Assembly: GCF_036321535.1 (NCBI RefSeq)
Contig: NC_087472.1
Location: 92,010,001 to 92,074,000 of the forward strand
Length of the DNA: 64,000 nt
Direction: 5' to 3'
From: Camelus dromedarius
Taxonomy: Eukaryota
Below, in pieces: positions 13,535 to 26,319 of this stretch. The notes under the pieces were generated by a model. It had not been told where the DNA came from. It saw only the letters and a list, made by a program, of their open reading frames with translations, and did no database searches. The translations under genes and the position numbers were made by a program. The stretch's first letter is position 1. The number at the start of each line of letters is the position of its first letter.

Positions 13535-14400
13535 TCCAAAAATTCCATTTACAAGAGTAAAAAAGTCATAAAATAATAGGAATAAATTTAAAAAGAAATG
13601 TGCAAGATCTACATTAAGAAAACTATAACAATTTACAGTGAGAAATTTTTTTAAAGGCTTGGAAAAATAGAGAACCCATATGTTCTGGATGGAAGGTTAA
13701 TGTGGTAAAACTGCCAGTTGTAGCTAAATCAATCAAAATATTTGAATGCAATCTCAACAAAAATCCCAATGGCATTTTAAAATTCTTGCCAAAGTCTGGA
13801 CAAATTAAATGCAAGAATAGCCAAGAAAGTTTTGATAGGCTTAAAGTGGAAGATTTCAAAATGTAAGTCAAAGTTATAATAATTAAAGAATGTGCCTGAT
13901 GTGCCACTGATGCAAGAACAGAGATGCCAAGTATAAGTGAAAGTATAGAAACAAGCCAAGAATTTGTAAGACCTTAATAAACACTACAGATAGCACCAGA
14001 CATCAATGGGGAAAGGATTTACCGCTCAAATAATGTGTCACTCATTTGGGAAAAAATAAAGAAAAGAGATAATCTGATATAAAAATTCAGATATATGAAA
14101 ATTAATTTTAAAAGCACTGAAAGAAAATGTAGGTGGTTATTTGTCTCATCTTGAGGTAAAAACAAGCTTTTAAATAGATATTCAAAGGCCAAATTTATCT
14201 AAAAAATATAAAGTTAATTAATTTGAAAAGTAAACTTTAAAGGCAAAAGACAAATAAAAATACTTGTAATGTATTGCTGATATCATTGAAATATAAAACA
14301 TTTATATAAGTCAATAAGAAAAGAATGAGCATGCTAATAGCAAAAAGATAGTAATAGGCAATTTACTAATTAAATACAAATGAATATCAATATTAATTAA
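13535..14400 (+). mobile_element. Old L1 (L1M-type) ORF2 remnant
   Basis: ccatttacaagag...ggaataaatttaaaaagaaatgtgcaagatctac...; collinear, heavily mutated ORF2 3' region. Confidence 0.75.
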
Positions 14401-14429
14401 TTAATTAATACAACCCATGAAAAACTAAA

Positions 14430-14892
14430 ATTTTTATCCAAAGGAAATAAAATCACTATCTCAGAAAGATATCTGCACCTCCATGTTCACAGCAGCATTA
14501 TCCACAACTGATCTAGCACATCTGAAAAAGAGGGTAAAACAGTACAACCAACAGTCAAGACATGGAAACATCCTATATGTCCAATGACAGATGAATGGCT
14601 ATAGAAAATATGGCATATACATAAAGTGGAATACTGTTCAGCCATAAAAAGAAGAAAATCTTGCCATTTGCGACAATTTGGATGGAGCTTGAGGGCATCA
14701 AGTTAAGTAAAACAAGCCAGACAGAAAAAGACAAATACGGTATGATCCCACTTCTATGTGGAATCTGAAAAACAGTTAACAACAATTACAAAAACGATCT
14801 CACAGATACAGAGAACAGACTGCTGATTGCCAGAGGTGGGGGGTTAGGGTTGACAAAATGGGTGGAGGTGATTCAATTAAAATAAAAAAAAA
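14430..14892 (+). mobile_element. L1 (L1MA-like) ORF2 end, partial 3'UTR and A tail
   Basis: atccaaaggaaataaaatcactatctcagaaagatatctgcacc...tgtggaatctgaaaa...gattgccagaggtggg; contains an extra ~44-nt insert. Confidence 0.85.
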
Positions 14893-15849
14893 GACACATA
14901 CAAAATAGGAAATAACACATAGGCTTTAAAAATGGAAAAAAATTAGATGCTTATTCTAAGAAATGGAAAGTTATGTTTAAAATAGAGATATTAAAAAAAT
15001 AAAAAAAATAAAACAGAGACATTAAAAAAAAACTTGGATAAACATTCCAGGAGTTACATTTATGGAATTCTTTAAAGTATTACTATTACAAAGGTATTAT
15101 TAATTCCATACTTTGACCTTCTTTTAAAGTGAAAGTCTGTTTTGACATTCTTCAAACCTGATAGATTCTTGTAGTAAAATTTTTCCTGATTATCTTTAAT
15201 TATACTGTAACAGTGTGTATACAAGATACTGCAGTTTTTGTTATAATCAACATTTTCTACTTAAGATATTAGCCCTGTGACTTCAGTGAAATTAAAAGTA
15301 AATTAGGAGTTAAAATTGGCTTCATCTTTTAATTCACTGAGACTCCTTTAATTTGAAGATCTCCTGTGGTGGTGATGGTGGTGGTTGGGGGTGTCCTTTG
15401 TTGCCATTCAGCTTCTTTTAATCCTTTAATTCTTTTTGACCTATTAACATTTTCAGGATTTTACAGTATTTTTTGAGTATGTACTAAATGGTTTTATACT
15501 GGGAGTTGGCCAGGAAAATATTCAACAATGATTAATTTTAGAAAAGAGGACTCGGCATATCATCAACAAACATGTGTAGAGTGCCAAAATGGTACAGAGC
15601 TCTCTACTGTATGCTACCGTTTGCCAGGACAAACAGGCCCAACCTTGGTTACAGAGAGATGAGTGGGATGGATGTTCTTTAATTACAATTTTCCTCACTT
15701 AGCTTGCTGCTATATAGGAATTGCTCACACTCCCTAACCTCAGTTGATGTTGCTCCAGAAAAATTATCTGACATGTTGGTAGCAGTTGGAGTTATGCAAA
15801 ACTTTCTGGGCAAATGGATCTTATCTCATGTTCGTCATTTGTGGCTGTC

Positions 15850-16545
15850 TCCTCCTTGTCTACTTGATGAGACTCATGGCTCCAACTTGAACCCTCAGCA
15901 TCTAGAAATGTGTGCTTAGGCTTTATCCAATCCATTGTTCCAATTCAACCCAATCTCTGGTGTTTCTGTGGACTTCTTGAACACACATGTTAATTAGTTA
16001 ATTCGTTAATTATTTCAACATAAGTGTGATCCTGTTAAAACTGAAAGTTCTTACAACTCTTCTGCTCAAAATCCTTCTAATATCATTCAAAGCAAAAGCC
16101 AAAGTTATTACTGTGCCTTCCAAGGCCATACATGATCTCTGCCTCCACCTTGTTCTGCTCCAGACCTAAAAAGCCTCCTTGCTGTCCCCTAAACACACTG
16201 GGCATGCTCCTACCTGCAGGTCTTTACCTTTATCCTCCTTGGACTTCTCTTTCTCCAGATACCTGCAGACTACTTCCCTCATTTCCTCAAGTGTTTAATG
16301 AAATGTCACTTTCTCTGTGAGGCTTTCCCTAATTCTGCCTAAAATGTCAACCCTCCTTCAAACACTCGTCTCCTTTCCTAGCCTACTTTTTTGGACCTCT
16401 GCACTCCTCTGTACAAAATATACAATATATTAACTCCATCACTAAATTGTAAGCTCCTTAAAGGCAAGAATTTTGGTCTGTTCTATTTACTGTTGTATCT
16501 ATACCTGTAGGCACTTAATGACTAGGTTTTGAATGAATGACTGAA
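15850..16545 (+). mobile_element. L2 LINE 3' region
   Basis: ctgctcaaaatccttc...caaggccatacatgatct...gtaagctccttaaaggcaaga...gtaggcacttaat...gaatgaatga. Confidence 0.8.
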
Positions 16546-18384
16546 TTCATGGAGCACAGCATACAAAATCGAACAGAACATGAAACCTGCTTTTGGTGGG
16601 CTCCTGATCTAATACATCTGAAAAAGAAGTTAAAAAAATATAACCATGTGCCAAGTTCTAAAATAGAGAAATGCAATGTAAGCACTACAGATACATGGAA
16701 AGAAAAGACGCTCCTAAGTCTACTTAAAGAGAGAAGGAAAGGTCTTACGGATGAGGTGACCCAGGAGCTGATCCTGGTCCTTGTGTTCTGGTTTCATCTC
16801 CTGAGGTGGTTCGCTGGTCCCCATATCCAGCCCTCCCTTGGTAAGGGTCAATTTCAGGGATTCCACTCATTGGCCCTTGTCTAAGGAAAGTTGTAAGAGA
16901 TTGACACGGCAAATTGGAAACAGCACTGGCTTTGAAATTATCAGGGTTAGGTTTGGAATCCCTAGTCCACAGCCAAATCATGGGAAAATCCTGGACTCTG
17001 CTGGTTCTCTCTCTCTCTGTCTTTTTCACTCACCATTACATTATGCCTTTTTGCTCTCTTTTTCCAGAATACATGAGATAAAATCAAAATTCTACTTTTG
17101 CCACCAGCTTACAAAAACAAAGAGTTACTCTGAGTAACTGGATCTTGTTAGCTGTTTTTCTGTTTAAAAGTTGTTGAAAGTGTCCTTAAATGGTTTTAGG
17201 GGAAAATTCTTATTTCACACAGTGTTCATGTCAAGAAAAGGTTAAGCCAACTTTGCCTCAAGGAAACAGAAAGCAGAAGAGAGTGAATTAAGATTCTAGG
17301 TGCTCTTTTTCATCTATTTCTGCCAAGTCTATAAAACAGTGTAATGCTCTCCACTTTCCTTGCCTGAGCTGCCCACACCATATTCGGAGGGAGGGCTGCG
17401 GAGAGGACCCTGGGAGGTTCTCAGGTCACAAAACCTCTTGTGGGGTCATAGGTCTTTTTTCTGTGTTTATCTTTCAGAAAGAGCAGTATGAAAGTGAGAA
17501 CCAGTCAGAGAATAGTAAGAGTACAATTCTCATCATATTACATTTTTTCCTCCCCCCACCAACTTCTCCAGAGAGCTTGAAGGGTATTAATTGCAAAATC
17601 CAAGAATTAATAATTTGGAAATATCTGAAAGAGTCTTTGTCCTAGGCTTGTAAGTTCTAATTTTATTAAAACAACTTGGGAGAAATAAGCAAGGCAACTT
17701 TTTAATAGGATCCATGAAATCCTTTCTATAGAACATTCAACTCTACCATTCACTAGCTATGTGACTTTGGATGAGGATGGGGAAATTGATGCCTATGTTG
17801 CTGGTGCAAGGATTTGCTAATAGTTAGTAATACTTAATTTGCTATTTGCTACTAGTGGTAGCTATTACCATTCCTTGGAATGTAAATCTTAATAATGGAG
17901 AACTGAACCTCTTTTGCATTCCCATAATGTACCTTTTATTGATAGATTCTTCTAAGATGCTAGTGGATCTACTATGAAATGTTGGGGACTAGGAAAAATA
18001 TGTTCAAGGACAGGAGTCCTACTGCAAGTGAGCCTCTGCAACGTTTGCATGCATTCACATTCGTAAGAACCTCATGTCATCCTAATGGAGATAATCATAA
18101 CCAAAAGATCTTACCAAGTATCTAGTCAAAGACATTGGTAAACCCAATAATGAATATTTAATGGAAAAGTCACTTCTCTCTGACACATATTTTCCTCATA
18201 CTTTTCAAGGATGGTAGAAGGTTGAAGAGCTCAATTCTAGCAAATCTATTTATTACTTCCAACGATTTACTAATTTAAAAACGTATTTCAAATTACCTTT
18301 TAAAGGCTATCACAGATATGACTCTTTGGAAGGCACATTCCAAATATATCTAAATTTCATTCACTTGGGGGTTTAACTCTTGCA

Positions 18385-18760
18385 CTGGATGCTGTATACC
18401 TCCCTCATCCTCCTTTCCTGCAGGTATACCTGTATCTCAGTTATTGCTGTTAATGGCTCTCAGCTGTCCCCTGTTCAAGAGTACCCTACAACCAAATAAT
18501 GGAATGGGGGAGAATGTACAAAAGGCCAGACTTCTTGCCTCAAGGTTGGATCAATTCTCTGGTTCAATTCATGCTGCAGAGGTCCTGGTGGGATCACGCT
18601 GAAGTACATCTCCAGCTGAAACCACAACCTTGCTTAGCTTTTCCCCCCTGCCCTATCTTGCTTCCATAACTTCTTGCTCCTGAGCATGCTCCCTCAATAC
18701 ACAACATGCACCCAAATCCTTGTCATAAGCTCTGCTTCTAGCAAACCCCACCCGTTGACA
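18385..18760 (+). mobile_element. LTR16-like (ERVL) solo LTR
   Basis: ttgcctcaaggttgga...cagctgaaaccac...ccctgccctatcttgcttcc...ccctcaatac...ctctgcttctagcaaaccc. Confidence 0.7.
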
Positions 18761-18924
18761 ATGTCACACAGTACACTGGTCTGTACCTCGAACTTATATG
18801 GGGAAATGAAGAAGAATTTGAAGAAAAGAATGTGGACTTGATGAGCATAAAAAGGGCATGCAAAAGAACTGGGAAGTAAAATAACAAGACTGATGTTTCT
18901 TACAAATTCCGGTATTTGTAAAAA

Positions 18925-19050
18925 TACACATTTCTGTGTCTCACGTAGACTAACTCAATCAGAATCTCCAAAGGTGGGGGGTTGAGAAGCTGTAGGTTTA
19001 ATATGTACTCCAGACAATTCATATTATCAATGAATCTGTGATACACTGAA
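18925..19050. mobile_element. MER5-like hAT-Charlie fragment
   Basis: agactaactcaatcagaatctcc...tttaatatgtactccagacaattc...cactg. Confidence 0.5.
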
Positions 19051-19066
19051 CTAGAAGACACTAGAG

Positions 19067-19287
19067 CAGGGGTCAGCAAACGCTTTCTGTAAAGGGACAG
19101 ACAGTAAACATTTTAGGCTTTGTGGTCCATATGGTATCTTTCGCACCACTCAACTCTGCCACTGTGGCACAAAAACAGCCACACACAGTACATAAACAAA
19201 TGAGCATAGCCGTGTTCCAATAAAACTGTATTTACAAAAATGAGTGGCAGGCTGGACGTGACCCAAGGGCCAGTTTGCCAACCCTTG
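19067..19287 (+). mobile_element. MER58A (hAT-Charlie MITE), full length
   Basis: Terminal inverted repeats caggggtcagcaaac / gtttgccaacccttg; 8-bp target-site duplication cactagag (19059-19066) / gactagag (19288-19295). Confidence 0.9.
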
Positions 19288-20454
19288 GACTAGAGCACAG
19301 GGGGCATAAAAGCAGTTTGGTTGTCCTATAATAATTTGGCTGCAAAACTTTGGTACTACCCTTTCTTTGGCAAATTGTTTACATAATGTTGATCAGGCAA
19401 AAGACCTTCCCTGAAGTGGAGAAACATTTCCATTTTTCTGACCTTATTCTCAATCCTTGAATGTCACTGGCCTTGCCATGAGGTAATTTAAACACGCATT
19501 TCAGAGGGGAGATCGTTTCTAGAGACCAGGTCTGCTATTCTTTCATGCTGATTCATAATATTGCCAGAGGCCATTCCATCAGGACAGATTTCAGCTACTG
19601 CAGGGAGAGGTGTAGACCTATTTCATTCTTTTGTTTGTGTCTGCATGGGCTGGCTCCCTGGCACCAAATATGGAAAATAAAATTTGTGAATTTTTATGAC
19701 ATTCACTCTGGATAGGTATGGGGTTACTTGAGTCTTTCTTCTGTTGTCTTTACATTGTGTAATTAACTTTATGAAGTTTTATTAATAGCCTGCCCTTATT
19801 CACTAAGACTTTCTATTCCGCTTTACAAATTGTGTGCTGTTATGATCTCAATGGAGAATTTCAATGTTTGGCATAGATGTACTGCAAAATAAACAATTTT
19901 ACATTCAAATCAGTCCTTTTTAATTAGGTTCTCCAATTTTATCACCACATATTACAACACATTGGATAGAATTCTGTTCAATCCAGGTAACTCACATTCA
20001 TCTTTAGGTGACCCTGAGAACAGCATAAAACAAATGTTCAGCTCTGCAACCAGACTATTTACCGTTAGGCTGTGACTCCAGCTACTTGCAATTCATTTAA
20101 TTCACATAAAAAAGAATAGCGACAGCTCTCTCATTAAATTGACTTTAGCCTCTGAACTCTGGGCCCACATATGTTTAGTTGTAAGATTGCTGCTTGCTGG
20201 CAGATTTGTTACCTGCTGCAGTGCTCCTCAGAGTCATTTCAACAAGGTCTGGAATTCTTTCAGGCCGGTCTACAGTATAAATTTTCAGGAAATCTCAGGT
20301 TTATCTTGCATTTAGCATTTACAATATTTGAGAAATTTAGTGCTTGAGAATAAACTCAATTAAAATTCCCACTGGGTGGACTAGGACTGACAGTTGTCTG
20401 GCTTGAAGCCAGTATATATTAACTGAGATGATGACAAGCACAGATCTCCAAGAA

Positions 20455-20481
20455 CGTGTGTGTGTGTGTGTGAGTGTGTGT
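20455..20481. repeat. (TG)n microsatellite
   Basis: Direct reading. Confidence 0.9.
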
Positions 20482-20597
20482 ATATTTTCTTCATGCTGGA
20501 TCTCCAGATTTTTTTCTCATGAGGTCCAATCTACTTTCTATGGTCCTGGGATGAAATGGCTGAGGACTGATCTTTCCTTGTATCCATCTGCCCCCTG

Positions 20598-20972
20598 TAC
20601 TGGTTGCTGTGGTTCACCACCCAGATATCTCCTATAGGACTGAGGCATTTATTTCCTCAGCAGCTGGGAGAACTTGCTAATGATGCTTTATAGTTGAGTC
20701 CCTCTTTGAGCATCCCTTAGCCAAAAAGTTGCTTCTCCCAGGGCTATGCCCCTCTTAGTAGGAAATCTGTATTGAGTGACTGATTCTTTTCCTTAATTCT
20801 GGACCTCTCTGGAGCTCTCCATGGCTTTGCTTGAGGCCTCATCCAACCTTTTCATCTGTACAATATGCTTCCCTTACTTCCTCACTATTGTTCCCAAGAA
20901 TGTGCCCCAATAAACCTCCTACCCACAAACCTCCATCTCAGAGTCTTTCTCCAAGGATCCCAGCTAATGACA
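20598..20972 (+). mobile_element. LTR16A-like (ERVL) solo LTR
   Basis: caccacccagatatctcctataggactgaggc...cccaataaacctcctacccacaaacctccatctcagagtctttctccaaggatcccagctaatgaca. Confidence 0.7.
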
Positions 20973-21039
20973 CTCCCAAGGCTCAGATAAAAGCTTCTAT
21001 AGCCTCATATTCCCAGCACTGGTGTAGCAGAACATCAGT

Positions 21040-21195
21040 CATACTGTGTTGTAATTGTACATTTATGTATCTACTCTTTGACTACATGATGGGCTGTTTG
21101 AGACAGAGACTGAGTTTTAATTATCTTCCCTATACTATATACTGCCTGGGGCATTCAAAGGCATTCAACACAAGTTTGTTGAATAAATTGAACTG
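21040..21195 (+). mobile_element. L2 3' end
   Basis: tgcctggggcattcaaaggcattcaacacaagtttgttgaataaattgaa. Confidence 0.6.
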
Positions 21196-21234
21196 AAGAG
21201 ATTGGAAACCAGAAATCCACAGATACAAGTCTCT

Positions 21235-21892
21235 GGTCATGTTTCCTAGACTATGGTCTGATATGGAGGTTTTGGTAAGGTAATTTATTGACAGAGTGCT
21301 TTCAAGAGGAGAGTCAAAAAAAAAAAAAAAAAAGCAGGACAGGGTAGGGGGAAAACTAAGCCAAAATGTGGTTTCTGGTGGTGACTATTTAATTCTGATC
21401 CTACCAGGCAGCTCTAAATCATGAATGAAACCTAGAGATAGTCCCACCTTGAGGCAAGAGGGCCTGCCCTGTATAAACTGGTGGGAACCTGTCTCTGATC
21501 ATGGTCTTCCCTGAGCAGAGGAGATGGAACATATAGTCTCCAAGGACAAAGAAATTCCTGTTTAGACTAGATCAGTTACCCTAAAAGGTTGTTATTCAGA
21601 TCAACAGCATCAGCATCAATGGGAACCTGTTAAAATACAAATTCTCAGGTTCTACCATAGACCTACTAAATCAGAAAACTGGGAGCTGAGCCCAAGTATC
21701 TGTTTTAACAAGCCTTCTAAGTAATTCAGAATAAAGCTAGGTTTGAGAACCACTGGTCTAAGGCAATTGTCCAGAGCAGGATGGTGGTGTTGCTGATAAA
21801 TGTGAGTTACAACTCAATACTCTCAGCAGATGGAGAATGGTGCACTTGCAGGATAAGAGAATCTGAGTGGGGTGCCAACAGCTGCCACTACA
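21235..21892 (-). mobile_element. LTR16-like LTR interrupted by MER5A (about 21588-21755)
   Basis: Antisense LTR16 motifs (tttattg...agtgct, cccaccttgaggcaagag, gaatctgagtggggtgccaacagc...ctaca) flank MER5A (cagcatcagcatcaatgggaacctgttaaaatacaaattctcagg...tttgagaaccactg). Confidence 0.7.
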
Positions 21893-23310
21893 GTTGACAA
21901 TCAAAGAATCTTCTACCAGCCAACAAAAGATCACACCCACATAAATCACAAAGCAGGATGGCTCAGTGTCCATGCAAATCAAATTGGGGTACTCAGAATG
22001 TTCTAATACCTAGACAGGCAGTCAGTGTCTGGGAGGAAGTGAGATTGGAGATTATGGCAAGAATTCCCTATAACTTTTTAAATGAACAGAGAAGAAGGCT
22101 GAGAATCAAAGGTAGAGCTCTAGAGCAATTACTGAGTATGAGAAAAAGGTCTGATCATAAATAACATGGCAAGAATCTAAGTATCAAGTAGAAGTACAAC
22201 ATAAGAAGAGGACTAGGAGCAAGGATGACTCAGTGGCTACTTCCATTTCCAGACATAGAACTTCTTATGTTTCCTTTGACCTAAAACAGGAATAATCCTA
22301 GAATATGAAGTGGCTGAACTGAAAATGGGTCTCTAACTAGCTTCAGCAATTAAGGTTAGAGACAAACAAAATCAGAAAGCCTAGCAGATCATGACTGTAT
22401 CCCTAGAAACAATATATTAAAATGTTATGTATAAATTGTGCTAAAGCTGAGAGTTACAGCAAACTGTAAGAAACATGCCTACATAAATGGACTATTCTAT
22501 CTCTGTTATGGGATTTACAAACTACTTTGCTGCAATTTAGGTCCAAAGTGATAAGCTGTTACAATCTAACAATTTACTGTTCAGTTTATATGAAAATGGG
22601 ATTGAACTGGCTGTGATTTCTAACTCCCCAAACTTTCATAATCTCTTACAGCTTGACAAGCTGATGGAATAAAAAGAAGACAGGAGGTGAAGGAGCAAGA
22701 TGTAAAAACTGCAGGCCTGATTGTCATTCTATTAGACAACAAAAGAAAAGGAAATATACACCTTTGAAAATGAAAACAGTGGGGGAATATGTTTAGTAAC
22801 TGAGATGCAGATTCTGTCCTTAATAGAGTCCCTATCCCATATTAAGTAAAAAAAAAAAAATTGGTCTGTTCTCTAGCTGATTAATCAGCAGTGGCAGACA
22901 TAGCTGTTGCTGTCTGGCACTGTACTGTCTCAGCATATATTTACTAACTGGCCTGTAATTACTTTTTTGGAACATTACCCAACACTGTTTTAGAGGAAGA
23001 AAGAACCCATTATCTGTGAAACAAAATATAGAGGCCTTGCTTCTGGCAGACAGTGATACCCAGCTCTATCATTTGAAATGGTAGATGTAAAATTTTTTAA
23101 AAAAGAGAAAAACCTCCATCAATTTTTTTTTCAAAGCAAGGGTTTCAACACTGGCTATTTTAAGCACTCTCTGGGTTATGCATTACATAAGTTAGCCAAT
23201 AAATTACATGGCTACTACAACCTATGGGATCTGTGCATCCTTTATTTCCACTAATGTGCAGTGACCATGAATTGCCTTCCAAATAGTATCTAAACCCTAC
23301 TTCACACCAG

Positions 23311-23491
23311 CAGTGGTTCTGAAATTGAGCATGAATTGCAGTCACCTGGAGGGCTTGTTAAATCACAGCTTGCTGGGCCCCACCCCTAGAGATTCTGATT
23401 TAGTAGTTCTAGAGTGGGATCCAGGAACCTGCGTGTTTAACAAGTTTCCAGGTGATGCTTCTGCTGCTGGTCCAGCTGCTATACTCTGAGA
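23311..23491 (-). mobile_element. MER5A
   Basis: cagtggttctgaaa...cacctggagggcttgttaaatcacag...gggccccacccctagagattctgatttagtag...aacaagtttccaggtgatgct. Confidence 0.85.
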
Positions 23492-24304
23492 CTTGTTTCA
23501 TCCCATTCTTTGTTTCTCTTCAACTACCACTTCATCAGGTCACTTTTCTCATTTCTCCTAAGAAAATCTTTTGCTTTAGACAAATTAATCCATTCTTAAA
23601 ATTTAATCAAGTATTGCGTTCTCATGTCAGTATTTTCAGATGATTCACCCTACTTGGTGCAGAACTGTAGATTTAATATACACTCAATACTATGTAATAT
23701 ATATAAATATTATAATAATTACCACAAGTTTATTATCAAATTTACATGTGTTAAATGGCTATCAGAAACATTTTCTTTATGGGTTAAAAGCTAGAATCAC
23801 ATATCATTAATGATCAGCGGCTTTTTTTGAAAAAATTTCAACACCTAGCACACTATAGGTACTTAATACATATTTTTAAGTGAGTGGATGATAGAGTGAT
23901 ATAGTTCAGTCTTCCACTCAAATCAAGAAGTTCCTCCACTAGTCACAATTGAGGCTTTATCATGTTTAAGTAATTTAATTGGCTAAAAATAACTCTTTGG
24001 TTGAACTGAAACTAACCTTTACAAGTTTGATGGTTCTGACTTACAGAGTAAATGAAATTTAATCTGGTTCCATGTAACAGCTATTAAAACATTCGATCTC
24101 ATGTAGCCATGAACGAGTCTCCCCTTTTCAGTGTAATATCCTCTAGACATCCAACTTATTCCTATGGAAGCATTTTCAGATCCTTTTTATCAACCTAGTT
24201 ACTTACACCAAAATACAGTTTAATTTTTCAATACCCCTCTTAAAAACGTTCTTATATTTTTAACACAGTATGACAAAGTGTCATCCACAAGAAACACCTT
24301 CACT

Positions 24305-25059
24305 TTTGTTTTTTTTCTGTTATTGCTGTTTATCTTTTATTGAAGTGTAATTGATATATGATGTTATATTAGTTTCAAGTGTACAACATAGTGATTTGAC
24401 ACAAATACATTACCCAGTGAACACATGATAAGTCTGGTTAGCACCTGTCACCATTTAAAGTTATAATATTAGTGACTGTATTCCTTATTCTGTATATTAC
24501 ATGCCTTATTTGTATTATAACTGGAAGGTTCTACCTTCTAATCCCCTTTACTCATTTTACCACTATCTTATATAAAAATAATCTGAAAATGTATTAAAAA
24601 TTGAATATAAGACCTACAATACCTAGAAGAAAGCAAAGCCAGTATGCACTTTGACTCTGGTCTTTGTAAATTTTTTTTGGATCCGTCTCCTCAGTCAAGG
24701 GGAAAAAAAGCAAAAATAAACAAATGGGGCAACATAAAACTAATAAGCTTTTTGCACAGTGAAAGAAACCATCAACAAAATGAAAAGGCAACCTACTGAA
24801 TGGGAGAGAATATTTGCAAATGATCTATCTGTAAGGGGTTAATATCCAGAATATATAAAGAACACATTAAACTTAATATCAAAAAAACCAAACAATCCAT
24901 TTAAAAATGGGTGGAGGACCTGAACAATTTTCCAAAGAAGACATATAGATAGCCAACAAGCACATGATAAAGTGCTCAACATCACTAAGTATTAAGGAAA
25001 CGGAAAATCAAAACTACAGTGGTATCACCTCATACCTGCCAGAATGGCTAGTATTAAAA
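24305..25059 (-). mobile_element. L1 with internal inversion: 3'UTR on minus (about 24305-24563) joined to an ORF2 segment on plus (about 24564-25059)
   Basis: ttttattgaagtgtaattgatatatgatgttatattagtttcaagtgtacaacatagtgatt (antisense 3' end) abuts sense ORF2 ...aagctttttgcacagtgaaagaaaccatcaacaaaatgaaaaggcaacc...gaatggctagtattaaaa. Confidence 0.8.
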
Positions 25060-26319
25060 TATCCTCCATTTTGATTGAAAATGTCTTATATTCATATGGG
25101 TTAAGTATTCATGAAATGTTTAAGTCCACACAGCATATACACATACAGTCACCATCAACTAACTCCTAACAGTATTAGTACACTTAAGTCTGCACTTATA
25201 TAACCGAGTTGTTGAACTTGAGTGTAGAAATTCATATTTAGACTGGAAAGATAGCTCCCTTATAAGATTTAATTCCTTATTTTAACCTATTAAAATATTT
25301 TTGAATCTTGTAGATACCATTCTCCATTGTATGAGTTTTCCTGTCCTATTTTTAAAAGTAGTTATTAGTAGTATTCTAGATGTGTATGGTTTCATTTCCT
25401 GTAATCTTGTATTTTCTTTATAAATTCTCTTGATTTGAATATATATAGATTCATCTTCATTCACTCAACAAGTGGATATTTTCTGACATCTTATTTTTCA
25501 GGTGATTATATAGTTGATTTGGCAAGTCTAGATAGTACATGTTATGGACATAATTAATTAAAAGAAGACAACAGAAAAGATAATCTTTATATTTCATTTC
25601 ACTTATTACAAAAGAAAAACTTAAAATTTGGTACCATTTTTCTCCTAAAAATAAAAATAATACTTAAAACTTCCATGTTTACTAGAGACTCTATGCTGAT
25701 AAAAAATAGTGATGGGCAACAGGGTCCCCAAAATTTTTACTATATTTTATTTTGTCCCTTAAAATGAAAATAATTATCTCAAAACTGATTCAGGGCTAGC
25801 AACATAGTATGTGATATAACAAATACTTGATGAAAAGAACTTTCATATTCCTCATTAATCAAAGGCTGCATAGAATTAACAAAAAGTCATGGTTCACAGA
25901 ACATTGCGGAAATCATTAAACAGAATAATGATTTTATTGAAAAAATTAGAAGATCCAAACTTTTACACTAGGAGGGAATGAGATTATTTAAATAGAATTT
26001 CAGAAAATCATGGAGTATCATTAAGCATGTAATATACACATACCTCTGTCTAAAAATAATAAAAACCAAAATCTTAGCATTTATATATTTTTTACATAAG
26101 CAGCATATCATTTTTGCTTCAAAATAGTTCTGAAATGTAGGCAGGAAAAAATAATTTTCTTCAATTTACAAATGAGAAAACTTGGGCCTGATGAATTGAA
26201 CAAAGGATATCTAAATATTTTTCAAAACAATTTTATCAAAGATACACCAAAGTCTTAAATTAATGAATCCATTTATATTTATCTACATACACATGCCATG
26301 GGAAGTGTATGATAAGAGT

